Part shown: one piece after another, positions 1 through 9,249 of the stretch
How positions within the stretch are numbered: the first letter of the stretch is position 1
How the letters are laid out: each line of letters opens with the position of its first letter
Source: an uncultured delta proteobacterium
GTDB lineage: Bacteria; Desulfobacterota; Binatia; UBA9968
NCBI GenBank assembly: GCA_963745835.1
Contig: CAVUZH010000005.1
Span: 1-64,000 of the forward strand
Reading direction: 5' to 3'
Length of the DNA stretch: 64,000 nucleotides
Made by a program: the position numbers and the translations under genes
The notes under the pieces: model-generated
What the model was told of the DNA's origin: nothing
Databases searched by the model: none
Seen by the model: only the letters and a program-made list of their open reading frames with translations

Positions 1-265
1 CGACGACAACGTCAGCATCTAGTACGGCGGCGATGCGGCGAAGTAGCGGGAGCGAGTGTCTTTTGTAACCGGCTTGTTCAACGGATGATACGGCCTGCTG
101 GCTGCAACCGACCTTCTTAGCCAAATCCTTTTGTGACCAACCTTTAGCTTCTCTGAGTCGGCGAATTTGGAAGGCAACCTCGGCTTCAGTTCGTCGTTTG
201 TCAAAAGCCTTAGCAAACACCGGATTGCGCTTGAGACGTTGTAATTGCTTCTGAAAGTCATCCAT
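1..265 (-). CDS. XRE-family HTH protein (HigA-like antitoxin), runs off the left edge
   Basis: Not in the ORF track. ATG at 265 follows AAGGAGA and reads MDDFQKQLQRLKRNPVFAKAFDKRRTEAEVAFQIRRLREAKGWSQKDLAKKVGCSQQAVSSVEQ..., a classic HTH_3 pattern. Confidence 0.85.
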   Translation of the reverse strand, partial: MDDFQKQLQRLKRNPVFAKAFDKRRTEAEVAFQIRRLREAKGWSQKDLAKKVGCSQQAVSSVEQAGYKRHSLPLLRRIAAVLDADVVV

Positions 266-268
266 ACT

Positions 269-310
269 CTATCTCCTTAGGTATTGTTTCATTCGGCGTG
301 TGGCGGTTTC
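269..310 (-). pseudogene. Possible C-terminal remnant of a RelE/HigB-type toxin
   Basis: Reads ETATRRMKQYLRR* and stops 3 nt before the HTH start. It resembles the tail of Gp49-like RelE toxins; the upstream sequence is not toxin-like. Confidence 0.35.
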
Positions 311-507
311 AAAAACTGATAAACTGACGTTCGAAGAATTAATGGTGAGCACGCTGGCATGGCCGACGCCACGGTAAAACTTCTGATAGCTGAAGGCGCG
401 TTTACCGACGACGAAGTTAAACACAACCAGGGGACGAACGGGCGGATTACCTGGCGGGTCTGAAGCATGTTTCGTAAGCTTATGCTTGTTTGTACGCCTC
501 GTTGCAA

Positions 508-2460
508 CTAATTCCGTTTGGTTAGGCTGTGGAATATCTTGATGACTTCATCCGGCATGTAGGGTTTGCGTAGCAAATGCTTAACTCCGGCCTGATCAAT
601 GTCTGAGTTCATCTCGTCCTCAAAATGGCCGCTGGCGATAACCACTTTGACATCTGGATTTCTATTTTTCATTCTAAGCAACACATCTCGACCCGACATT
701 TTCGGTAGACCTATATCGAGCAGGACCACATCGATGGTTTCATGGTGCCGCTCATAGGTGTCTAGTGCCATCTCCCCGTCGGAAGCCTTCAAGACTGTGT
801 ATCCTTGTTTTGCGAGTATTTTCCCCAACGCATGGAGCATCCTCTCTTCATCTTCTACGACAAGAACTGTCGCAGCGCTGTTGGATACCATCGTTGGTTG
901 TGCATCGATTTTGGCAATTGGTTCTTTGAGAGCGGCGTCTGACGATTGAGCCGGGAAGTACAATCGAAAAGAGGTGCCGGCCATCGGCTTACTCTCCACA
1001 TCGATAAAGCCGTCGTGGTTCTTGACGATGCCGTATACAACAGAAAGTCCCAAGCCTGTTCCCTGGCCCGTATCTTTGGTCGTGAAGAACGGCTCGAAGA
1101 TTCTCGACCGAACCCTCTCATCCATTCCCACCCCGGTATCTGTCACCTCGATACATACGTACTGTCCCTCTAAATTGGCGCCCAAATGTTGCAACATTGC
1201 GCCGGTAACGGATCGAGTTTTAAACGTCAGTGTTCCGCGATTCGCCATTGCATCGCGAGCGTTGACACAAAGGTTCAGGAGTGCCTGTTCGATTTGATTT
1301 TTGTCTCCTGCTATCGGTGGGATATCGGTTTCTAGGATCTGGTCCAACTCGATTATCTTGGGAAACGTATGCCTGATGAGTACGATGAGTTCTTCCACCA
1401 GGATATTAATATCTATTGTTCTCAATTCGATGCCGCGGCTTCTATGGCCTAGCGTCAATAGTTGATCGACGAGGGCAGACCCGCGTTTGACACACTCGTT
1501 GATTGCGACAAGGCTTTCCTCTATCTCGTCGTTCTGCTCACAATGACCGCGCAATATGAAGGCATACCCCTGAATAATGTTGAGAAGATTGTTAAAGTCA
1601 TGGGCAATGCCTTCTGCCAAAGTGCCGACGCTTTCCATCTTCTGTGCCTGGACAAGCTGGTTTTCGAGCTTTTTTCGTTGCTCCATGTCATGGACGAGCG
1701 CTGCATTGGCTTGCTGCAACTGCTCCGTCCTTTGGGCCACCCGTCTCTCCAGTTCTTCATTGAATCGCTTGAGTTCGTCGAGAATGTTGGTGACTTCGTC
1801 CTTTGCCTGCTCGGCGTTCCTTTGCTTAATCTCGGCTAGGAGGCGCTGCTCATGTTCCGCTTCGGCTGCGACTCTTGCTTTCAAAAGAGATCTCTGCAGA
1901 TGCTCAAGCAAGATCCTGGCATCCGCCTTACGCAAACGGTCAAAAGGAACTTTCAACAGTTCGAGCGCCGCTTTGGGCTCTCTCTGAAAGCTGATGAAAA
2001 AATCTTCCCGCCGGATCTCACTCACTAAAGTCTCCGTAACGGCGGTCACGGTTGCGCTCCGCGGCTTCTCGTCAATCATGCTCATTTCGCCAAAGATTTC
2101 TCCGACTCCAAGGTAAGACAGGTGGACCTTTTGCCCATTTAGTTGCTTGCTTACTTCAACCTTCCCCTGTGCGATGACATAGGCCGTTTCACCAACCTCG
2201 TTTTCTCGAATAATAACTTCTCCAGCTTCATACCGGTGTGAACTCTCATCCCGTGTGTACTGCGCCGCGATCGTAAACTTGACCGGTTCGACGTCCGGGA
2301 TTGCTTCAGCAGAATTTGCGAGAGTAGAGATCGAGTCGGAGGTCTTCGTTCGAATCCGTCTGGAAAACCAGGCCGGTTTTTGAATATCGGCACTACCCTT
2401 GGATCGGGTGAAAAGATTACGGAGTTTCGATACCACTGAACCTCCGCCGCACCGGTGCAT
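508..2460 (-). CDS. Hybrid sensor histidine kinase: cNMP-binding + HisKA + HATPase_c + receiver
   Basis: cNMP cassette GEIFGEMSMIDEKPRSATV; H-box GIAHDFNNLL; N box NLCVNARDAM; G boxes DTGVGM and GTGLGL; REC VLVVEDE...LLDIGLPKMSG...KP. Start codon uncertain. Confidence 0.93.
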   Translation of the reverse strand: MHRCGGGSVVSKLRNLFTRSKGSADIQKPAWFSRRIRTKTSDSISTLANSAEAIPDVEPVKFTIAAQYTRDESSHRYEAGEVIIRENEVGETAYVIAQGKVEVSKQLNGQKVHLSYLGVGEIFGEMSMIDEKPRSATVTAVTETLVSEIRREDFFISFQREPKAALELLKVPFDRLRKADARILLEHLQRSLLKARVAAEAEHEQRLLAEIKQRNAEQAKDEVTNILDELKRFNEELERRVAQRTEQLQQANAALVHDMEQRKKLENQLVQAQKMESVGTLAEGIAHDFNNLLNIIQGYAFILRGHCEQNDEIEESLVAINECVKRGSALVDQLLTLGHRSRGIELRTIDINILVEELIVLIRHTFPKIIELDQILETDIPPIAGDKNQIEQALLNLCVNARDAMANRGTLTFKTRSVTGAMLQHLGANLEGQYVCIEVTDTGVGMDERVRSRIFEPFFTTKDTGQGTGLGLSVVYGIVKNHDGFIDVESKPMAGTSFRLYFPAQSSDAALKEPIAKIDAQPTMVSNSAATVLVVEDEERMLHALGKILAKQGYTVLKASDGEMALDTYERHHETIDVVLLDIGLPKMSGRDVLLRMKNRNPDVKVVIASGHFEDEMNSDIDQAGVKHLLRKPYMPDEVIKIFHSLTKRN

Positions 2461-2644
2461 TTTGAGGAACGTTCAGCCGGAGACCAAACCGTATCGTGCT
2501 CGCGTAAATGTGTCAACAAACTTTTAACGAGCACGATCAATAAGGCTTTAAATCGGATAATACACCATCTCCAGGTAGCGGCGTTGCAAATGGGAGACTA
2601 TTGACGAGCGACTGGGTCGGCGGGCAAGGTGCGGACGCGCGCCT

Positions 2645-2971
2645 TTATGCGACGCGCTTTCGCAATGGACGGACCGTGAGCTGCATTCCCATAGCTCGCA
2701 GAACGGCCCTTAAACTCTTGAGTTCCGGATTTCCTTTGGGGGAGAGCGTGCGGTACAGGGTATTGGCGTTCAAATTCGCCTTTCCCGCAAGTTTTTGTAC
2801 GCCGCCAAAAGCCTTGGACATTCGGCGTAACGCAAGCATTAGTTCCTCTTGATCTCCGTCTTCCAAGACAGAGTTCAAATACTCTGCGGCAAACTCTGGA
2901 TCTTTACGGAAACTCTCTACCGTCGCCTGTTCGTGGCTACGGGATGGTACTGATTTTAAGGCCTTCTTCAT
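2645..2971 (-). CDS. Addiction-module antidote protein (HigA-like HTH)
   Basis: MKKALKS...DPEFAAEYLNSVLEDGDQEELMLALRRM...NTLYRTLSPKGNPELKSL. Its ATG overlaps the natural toxin stop (caATGA). Confidence 0.88.
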   Translation of the reverse strand: MKKALKSVPSRSHEQATVESFRKDPEFAAEYLNSVLEDGDQEELMLALRRMSKAFGGVQKLAGKANLNANTLYRTLSPKGNPELKSLRAVLRAMGMQLTVRPLRKRVA

Positions 2972-3283
2972 TGTCTTCTCCGATGATAATCGGCCCAGTA
3001 ACGCGCCGCTTCCTTTATCAGCCGACTGAGACCGCTTTGATCCGCCACACAGCAAAAGTACCACCGTCTCTCCCGCCCGCGCGTAATACACCCGATAACC
3101 GGGACCGTAGTCGATTCGCAACTCCCACACTCCATCCCGACAGAATCGGTGATCGCCAAAGTTTCCGTTGGCTACTCGATCGATCCGACGCTGGATGATA
3201 ATCCGTCCCTCGTAGCGTACCGTTTGGCCTAACAGGCAGGCGCTGACTCCGAGCTTGGCTTTACTGGCGAAATGATGATCCAT
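2968..3283 (-). pseudogene. Chimeric pseudogene: DUF523-like N-terminus + frameshifted HigB/RelE killer toxin
   Basis: KLGVSACLLGQTVRYEG is DUF523-like. It is followed by RIDRVANGNFGD...WELRIDYGPGYRVYY...LLLCGGSKRSQ; the toxin tail (I)KEAARYWADYHRRRQ* lies in another frame. Confidence 0.8.
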
Positions 3284-3474
3284 CGAGGACGACTATTGCT
3301 GCGTGCACAGGAGGTCGTCAAGAGCAACGGTGCAACGTTACCGTTTTGAGTAGCATTGCATCAGCGAGGGATTCAGGGAGACACGATTCGTTTTATCGTA
3401 TCGGATTTAGTTGGACAGAGGCCCAGGTGTCGGCATACAAACATGTACCGAGGGAGCATACGGAGGAGTCTCTG

Positions 3475-4026
3475 ATGGCAACGAAGAAGGTAAGCAGGGC
3501 GAAAAATGCCGGCCGGATCGTGCACACGTTGGGAAAAGGCGGTCCATCGCTGGTCGATCTGCGAACGAATACCCGCGAAATCATTCTCCTTGTCACCGGC
3601 CCCGGCATGTTGTTTGACCACTTGGAGGTGCTCACGAGCTTGAGCGCGGCCGCCGGAGCGACCGCCAAGGCCTGGGAGGCCTTTGCAAAAGGAATAGATT
3701 GCGTCGCCAACTGCAGCAATGTGAGCAAGCTCAAGATCATGCCGGAGCTCAAAACCTCCCGTGTGGGTATGCGCGTGCACATCGGATTGGGTCCGATCGG
3801 CATGTACCAAACCGAGCTAGTGTTGCGGGTCAGGAAGAGAGACTCCACGTTTCGCAAATTGTGCGACCAGGTCTTCGGACGTTCGAAGCCGGCGGCAGGT
3901 TACTCGGTGTTTCTCTATCCGGCGATTGCGACCGGTCATCCGGAGCATCATCATCGGGTCACCGACTTCGGCAATATTCCGGCGCCAGGAGGGAATCACC
4001 AGACGGGTCCTGGACATCATCACTGA
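3475..4026 (+). CDS. Hypothetical protein with CxxxC motif and His-rich tail; candidate tyrosinase copper partner
   Basis: GGAGGAG RBS precedes ATG 3475. Contains DCVANCS; 8 of the last 29 residues are His; ends 14 nt before the tyrosinase. Confidence 0.7.
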   Translation: MATKKVSRAKNAGRIVHTLGKGGPSLVDLRTNTREIILLVTGPGMLFDHLEVLTSLSAAAGATAKAWEAFAKGIDCVANCSNVSKLKIMPELKTSRVGMRVHIGLGPIGMYQTELVLRVRKRDSTFRKLCDQVFGRSKPAAGYSVFLYPAIATGHPEHHHRVTDFGNIPAPGGNHQTGPGHHH

Positions 4027-4040
4027 CCGGGAGGACGAGG

Positions 4041-5126
4041 ATGGCTACCGATCTTAGAAAGAATGCCGCGACTTTATCACCAGCCGAGCGCGAGAACTTC
4101 CTGCGAGCGATTCTCCTGTTGCGTCGCACTCCGGCGAGCGGCAATCCAAATGTCACGATCTACGATCAGTTCGTGGCCTTGCACGGCGCCGTGATGAGCG
4201 TGGCCGTGCAAGGAACGCCGGACACGATCAATTTCGGCCATTGGAACATCGGATTTTGCGCGTGGCACCGGGAATATTTGCGGCGCTTTGAATTGGAGTT
4301 ACAGAAATTAGTCGCCGGAGTCACGGTGCCCTATTGGGACTGGTCTAATCACACGCAGGCTCGAACGAGAATTTTCATCAACGATTTCATGGGGCCGCTG
4401 CTGACTCCGATTGCACAAGGGGCTCCACGGCCGATGACATCCGGTTTTTTTTCCTTGAACGGCCCGACCCAAACGCCGGCCTGGCTGCCCGCCAATGCCA
4501 AGGGCTGGCGGATTCCGCCGTCGCTGCAGGAAATTCAGTATCCCGCGACTAATCCAAATCGGCAGACGCTGCAGTCCACGCTGCACCGCGGAAGCAGCGG
4601 GGAAACATGGCCTCCTAGCTCAGCGCAAATGACGCATCTGAGCCAACTCAACGTGAGCCAAGCCGGTTATCACAAATTTTGGTTTTTCTGGAATCAATTA
4701 GAGGCCGGCATGCCGGACGTAACACCGCCACTCGCCGCGATCCCCACCCATAATGCCGCGCATCGATTTATCGGCGGACACATGGGTGGCGCGTACTCAC
4801 CCAACGATCCGATCTTCTGGCTCCATCACGCTAACGTCGACCGCATTTGGGTGCAGTGGCAAAAATTTCAGCTCGGCATAGGCGGATCACACCCGCGCTC
4901 TGCGGATTATCCGCCAATCACTCAGTCCGATCCCTGGAATAATGATCCTATCCCTCTAGGCCATCGGTTGAACGACGAGATGTGGCCATGGGTGACGAAT
5001 CCCGGAAATTTTAGCGCCGAGGTCGACCCGCAAATCACCGCGCTGTTGATCGGATTTCCACAAACGCCAGTGCGCAAGGTGAGCGATGTACTCGATCCGA
5101 TTGCAATGGGGTACGACTACGCCTAA
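4041..5126 (+). CDS. Tyrosinase (type-3 dicopper oxidase)
   Basis: RBS GGGAGG, start MATDLRKN. CuA: YDQFVALH...GH...FCAWHREYL, VPYWDW. CuB: THNAAH...SPNDPIFWLHHANVDRIW. Confidence 0.95.
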   Translation: MATDLRKNAATLSPAERENFLRAILLLRRTPASGNPNVTIYDQFVALHGAVMSVAVQGTPDTINFGHWNIGFCAWHREYLRRFELELQKLVAGVTVPYWDWSNHTQARTRIFINDFMGPLLTPIAQGAPRPMTSGFFSLNGPTQTPAWLPANAKGWRIPPSLQEIQYPATNPNRQTLQSTLHRGSSGETWPPSSAQMTHLSQLNVSQAGYHKFWFFWNQLEAGMPDVTPPLAAIPTHNAAHRFIGGHMGGAYSPNDPIFWLHHANVDRIWVQWQKFQLGIGGSHPRSADYPPITQSDPWNNDPIPLGHRLNDEMWPWVTNPGNFSAEVDPQITALLIGFPQTPVRKVSDVLDPIAMGYDYA

Positions 5127-5153
5127 GCGAGTGGAAGGCGTGAGAGGGGATGG

Positions 5154-5239
5154 GTCACTCATGAAAAATCTGTCAAGTGCACCTTACTACTACAGCTCGG
5201 CCCGCAGGCGCGGCGTTCTCCTGGTGTTACTGACCGGAG
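5154..5239 (+). repeat. Diverged inverted copy of the ~100-bp repeat at 18855/20373
   Basis: GTCACTCATGAAA(N4)TGTCAA...GACCGGAG matches the reverse complement of 18868-18954. Confidence 0.55.
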
Positions 5240-5429
5240 CGTTAAGTCTTAAACGACCAAGCGGTCAGTCACTATCGGTGCTCTTCGGCACATAAATAAA
5301 TTCACCTCCGCTCTCCTAATCAGGCACTGGATCTCTGCGTACGCCTGGATCATGACCCAGCAGGATGACCGGAACTATCTTTCTTCTTCTTACTTCGAGC
5401 ATGGCAGAATATAGACGCGCGGATTCTTT

Positions 5430-5557
5430 TTGCGAAATCGCTGGGCGTGTAGAGGAGCTTGGGAGGTGGCTGCATCGGGATCATTCGATCATCAGCCGGC
5501 TATACTCAGCCTACGCGGCGGCACGAGATGAGAAAAAGGAAGCAGGTACCGATCCCT
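5430..5557 (+). pseudogene. RAYT transposase C-terminal remnant
   Basis: Reads ELGRWLHRDHSIISRLYSAYAAARD, homologous to the remnants at 18505, 21870 and 26505. Confidence 0.65.
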
Positions 5558-5642
5558 GACGCTGTGCTCTCTTGTGAAGCTTGGCCGACGATACACTGGC
5601 GCGCTCTCGTCTGCTATAGTGCTTATCAAGGGGGGTGTCACG

Positions 5643-5864
5643 ATGAAAGAGCAATTAACCGCGGTTTTCCAGAAGGTTCCGGAAGGATATATCGCTTTCG
5701 TGGAAGAACTGCCTGGGGCGAATTCTCAGGGCGATACGCTTGAGGAAGCCCGATCCAATCTCCGAGAAGCGGTTCAGCTGGTATTGGAGGCCAACCGGTC
5801 GATTGCAAAAGAAGCGTTGGGCGATACGTCGGTCATTCGAGAGCCACTTGCGCAGATTTCATGA
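5643..5864 (+). CDS. hicB: HicB-family antitoxin
   Basis: GYIAFVEELPGANSQGDTLEEARSNLREAVQLVLE. Confidence 0.9.
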   Translation: MKEQLTAVFQKVPEGYIAFVEELPGANSQGDTLEEARSNLREAVQLVLEANRSIAKEALGDTSVIREPLAQIS

Positions 5865-6046
5865 AGCGGATCGATCTGATCCGCCATATGGAAAGGCACG
5901 GCGCTCAATTACTACGCGAAGGTGGTAACCACAGTGTTTATGTGAACCGCAAAAGCGGCAAAGTTTCTGCAGTTCCACGTCATCGCGAAATCAACGAAGT
6001 TCTTGCTCAGAAGATTTGTCGAGATCTAGAAATACCAAAGCCGTAG
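5861..6046 (+). CDS. hicA: HicA-family toxin
   Basis: LLREGGNHSVY...VPRHREI; ATGA overlap with hicB. Confidence 0.9.
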   Translation: MKRIDLIRHMERHGAQLLREGGNHSVYVNRKSGKVSAVPRHREINEVLAQKICRDLEIPKP

Positions 6047-6201
6047 AGCGTTCGCTTTGATGGCCCTTGCACATTCGCTCCATACCGTCTGCATAAGCAA
6101 GATCTCCTTTCTCTACTTCAACAGCCTGCCGGGATAATCGTGTCACGTTGTGCAAAGTTGCGGTTAACATTACAATCGAGGCCTAACGGAAGGAGTTCGC
6201 G

Positions 6202-7440
6202 ATGGCGCAGACTGTCGTACAGATCTCCGGTCATATTATCGATTCCCTCATACTGCCCAAAGTTCTCGACCTGATCGTCAGCCTTGGCGCCGAATTCGAG
6301 ATCCTGGATATCCAGATCGGCCATCGCCGCAGTGATCGTAGTCATGCGCGGATTAAAGTCGAAGCTTCAAGTCCGGATCTGCTTGAGAGTGTCCTTGCGA
6401 AAATTAGAGAGCATGGCGCGCTGCCCGAGCAGGTGGAAGAGGAGTCGTTGCAACTCGAACCGGCGCCGCTCGACGGTGTTTTTCCCGAACGCTTTTATGC
6501 GACAACCAACCTGGAGACCTGGGTGCGACTAGAACAGCAATGGATCCCCGTCGAATCGATCGAGATGGATTGCGGCATTCGTATCGATGCAAACACGCGC
6601 AAAGCACAGTGCGTGCCGATGCACCGCGTAAAAAACGGTGATCTCGTCGTGGTCGGCCAGCGCGGCGTCAAAGTCGTGCCTCTGGAGCGGCAGCAGCCTG
6701 GAGCACCTTTCGAGTTCATGGCCAGCCCGGTGTCCACAGAGCAACCGAAAGGACTGCTGATCCGGGAGATCGCGGAATCGATGCAGCGCGTGCGCCGGGA
6801 GAATGGGCGCATACTCGTGGTGGCAGGACCGGGGCTCGTCCACACCGGCGCGTCGAAGTATCTCGCCGAGCTGATCGACAACGGCTATGTGCAGGTTCTT
6901 TTTGCCGGCAACGGACTCGCGGTCCACGACATGGAATCCGACCTCTACGGCACATCGCTGGGTGTTTACGTGGACCAGAAGATTCGCGCCGCCGAAGGCC
7001 ATGAACATCATCTCTGGACCATCAACCGTATCCGGAAAGCCGGCGGCATTCGGCAAGCCGTCGAGCAGGGACTGATTCGCAAGGGGATCTTTTATTCTTG
7101 CGTGAAAAACGGCGTTGAGTTCGTGCTCGCCGGATCGATCCGCGATGACGGCCCGCTACCCGACGTCATTACCGATACCTTGCAGGCGCAAGACATCATG
7201 CGCGAGAAGGCACGCGGCGTGAGTTTCGCATTGATGATAGCGACCACCTTGCACGCCATTGCCACGGGCAATCTCTTGCCCGCGAGTGTCAAGACGGTCT
7301 GCGTCGACATCAACCCAGCTGTCGTGACCAAGCTCACAGACCGCGGCACTTTCCAAGCCCTGGGTTTGGTTACCGACGTGGAGCCGTTTTTGCGCGAGCT
7401 GTGCAGCTACCTGGACTTAAATGTCGTATGCAGCTCTTGA
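6202..7440 (+). CDS. LOR/SDH-domain protein (TIGR00300-like), putative ornithine cyclodeaminase like the AgrE/ArgZ C-terminal part
   Basis: GHIIDS, FYATTN, EMDC, FEFM, GPGLVHTG, GNGLAVHD, AGSIRDDGPLP, CVDINPAVVTKL.DRG. Confidence 0.9.
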   Translation: MAQTVVQISGHIIDSLILPKVLDLIVSLGAEFEILDIQIGHRRSDRSHARIKVEASSPDLLESVLAKIREHGALPEQVEEESLQLEPAPLDGVFPERFYATTNLETWVRLEQQWIPVESIEMDCGIRIDANTRKAQCVPMHRVKNGDLVVVGQRGVKVVPLERQQPGAPFEFMASPVSTEQPKGLLIREIAESMQRVRRENGRILVVAGPGLVHTGASKYLAELIDNGYVQVLFAGNGLAVHDMESDLYGTSLGVYVDQKIRAAEGHEHHLWTINRIRKAGGIRQAVEQGLIRKGIFYSCVKNGVEFVLAGSIRDDGPLPDVITDTLQAQDIMREKARGVSFALMIATTLHAIATGNLLPASVKTVCVDINPAVVTKLTDRGTFQALGLVTDVEPFLRELCSYLDLNVVCSS

Positions 7441-8255
7441 TGTGCCCGCCGTCTCATTACGGCATCGAGTACGAGATCAATCCCTGGATGAAGCGAAGCC
7501 GCCAAAGCGATGCGGTGCTCGCCACTCGGCAGTGGAACGAATTACAGCGGGTGCTGGCCGAGAAATTGGCGGCGGAGATTCACTTGACCGATGCCATATC
7601 AGGGCTTCCTGACATGGTCTTTACGGCCAACGCTGGACTGGTTTGGCAAAATAAATTTATCGTCAGCAACTTCCGCCACGAAGTCCGCAGGGGTGAAGCG
7701 CCGCATTTTGAGCAATGGTTTCGCGCTCGCGGTTTCGAGATCGTTCAACTGCCGGAGAAATATTACTTCGAGGGCGAAGGGGACCTGCTGCGCTGCGGCG
7801 AGTTGTGGTTTGCCGGCTACCACATTCGGTCCGACATTATGGCGCATCAGAAAGTGGCTGAGATTGTGGATCGGGAAATACTCTCGCTGGAGTTGACCAG
7901 CGGCTGGTTCTACCACCTCGACACTTGCTTCTGCCCGCTCTCGGACAAAATCGCGCTATTCTATCCTCCCGCCTTTGACGATTACGCCAAAACGGTGCTT
8001 GCAGAGCACATTTCGGATCTCATTCCCGTGCTGGCGAACGAGGCGGAGCGCTTTGCTTGCAACGCCGTGGTCGGCGGCAACAACGTCGTCATGAACACGG
8101 GTTGCCCGGTGGCTCGCGGAAAACTCGAAGATCTCGGCTTCAATGTTTATGAAACACCGCTGGATGAGTTTCTCAAAGCCGGTGGCAGCGCGAAATGTCT
8201 GACGTTGATCATGGGATATTGGTGCCGGGGATTTGACCCACGCATGAGTTATTGA
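7428..8255 (+). CDS. Amidinotransferase/DDAH-family protein, arginine dihydrolase-like
   Basis: MCPP.HY.IEYEINPWM, PDMVFTANAG, FEGEGD, YHLDTCF, catalytic Cys in GGSAKCL; overlaps the upstream gene. Confidence 0.9.
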   Translation: MQLLMCPPSHYGIEYEINPWMKRSRQSDAVLATRQWNELQRVLAEKLAAEIHLTDAISGLPDMVFTANAGLVWQNKFIVSNFRHEVRRGEAPHFEQWFRARGFEIVQLPEKYYFEGEGDLLRCGELWFAGYHIRSDIMAHQKVAEIVDREILSLELTSGWFYHLDTCFCPLSDKIALFYPPAFDDYAKTVLAEHISDLIPVLANEAERFACNAVVGGNNVVMNTGCPVARGKLEDLGFNVYETPLDEFLKAGGSAKCLTLIMGYWCRGFDPRMSY

Positions 8256-8341
8256 CTCATCGGTACCGGAGCTAATTTTGGGCGCTATAGGGTGCCTAGA
8301 GATAAAAGCAGGCAGTGGCGCGCAAGCTGAGAGTCGAGTTC
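8242..8341 (+). mobile_element. 5' end of a RAYT element (end palindrome + first codons)
   Basis: GCATGAGTTATTGAC...GTG GCG CGC AAG CTG AGA GTC GAG TTC; near-identical to 14775-14875. Confidence 0.8.
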
Positions 8342-8355
8342 AGGTTCCGGCACAA

Positions 8356-9249
8356 CTAGGATGTCAGCATCTTCTGAATAAACCCTCTCACCGATGCTAC
8401 TGTTGGCGTTGGCGTATATCTGGTCCGTTCGATAAGTGTAATATTTGCTGAGGAAATATTTTTTCTCGTCGAAATCTCTGCAAGTACTCCGCTTCGGATT
8501 TCGCGTTGAACCATGAATTCAGGGAGCACACCAATCCCCAAGCCAGACCGTACAGCTTCCTTGATCGCTTCAAAGCTGCCGACGCGTAACGCCACTTCAA
8601 AGCCAAATAGCCCGTTGCGCTCGAGCAATCTTTGTATCATTTCTGTGTATCCGCCGGTTCTGGCGCCTACCACAAACGAATGTGAGCGCAACTCTTCCAA
8701 TCTGACCATGCTTCCTGCGAGAGGGTGACGAGGCGAAACAATGAAGCATAGGCGCTCCCGCTTGAGGCTCTTTGCAAGAAGCGCCGGGGGTTCCCTTTGG
8801 CAAAGAATTATGCCGAAATCGGTTTCCGCCTGTTTAACTGATTCACACACTGATGACAACGATTTTATTGTGATATCAAGCCGAACCCGGGGCATCTCTT
8901 GTAAGAGGCGCCCGACTATCTTCGGCAGTATGAAAGCTCCGATCGACGTGGTAGTCGCGATTTTGACCTCCCCAGCCACGCCTTCGGCAAGCTCTCGGAT
9001 TGATCTGCCCATTTGGTCGGTGGAATTTACGATCTGCCGTGCCAATGATGAAAAAATCTCCCCTGCCTCAGTCAAATGAACCGGTCGCTGGGAGCGATCC
9101 AGTAATTGAAGGCCGGTGTCTTGTTCGAGTACGGCAACCTGGGTGCTTATGGTCGACTGCGTTTTGCGGAGCGTTTGCGCGGCTTTCGTGAAACTTTTGA
9201 GCTCGCAAACTTTGAGAAAAGTTCGCAGGTGTTCGGTGAATACATCCAT
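8356..9249 (-). CDS. LysR-family transcriptional regulator
   Basis: LRTFLKVCELKSFTKAAQTLRKTQSTISTQVAVLE...LLDRS..V.LTEAG; start may be at 9249 or slightly upstream. Confidence 0.93.
   Translation of the reverse strand: MDVFTEHLRTFLKVCELKSFTKAAQTLRKTQSTISTQVAVLEQDTGLQLLDRSQRPVHLTEAGEIFSSLARQIVNSTDQMGRSIRELAEGVAGEVKIATTTSIGAFILPKIVGRLLQEMPRVRLDITIKSLSSVCESVKQAETDFGIILCQREPPALLAKSLKRERLCFIVSPRHPLAGSMVRLEELRSHSFVVGARTGGYTEMIQRLLERNGLFGFEVALRVGSFEAIKEAVRSGLGIGVLPEFMVQREIRSGVLAEISTRKNISSANITLIERTRYTPTPTVASVRGFIQKMLTS

Noticed and set aside
19-261. 80-aa ORF in the track
   Set aside because: Wrong frame; the overlapping frame from 265 has an RBS and a clear HTH sequence.
3699-4040. N-terminal extension of the tyrosinase ORF
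   Set aside because: Overlaps the upstream gene; RBS and family-typical start are at 4041.
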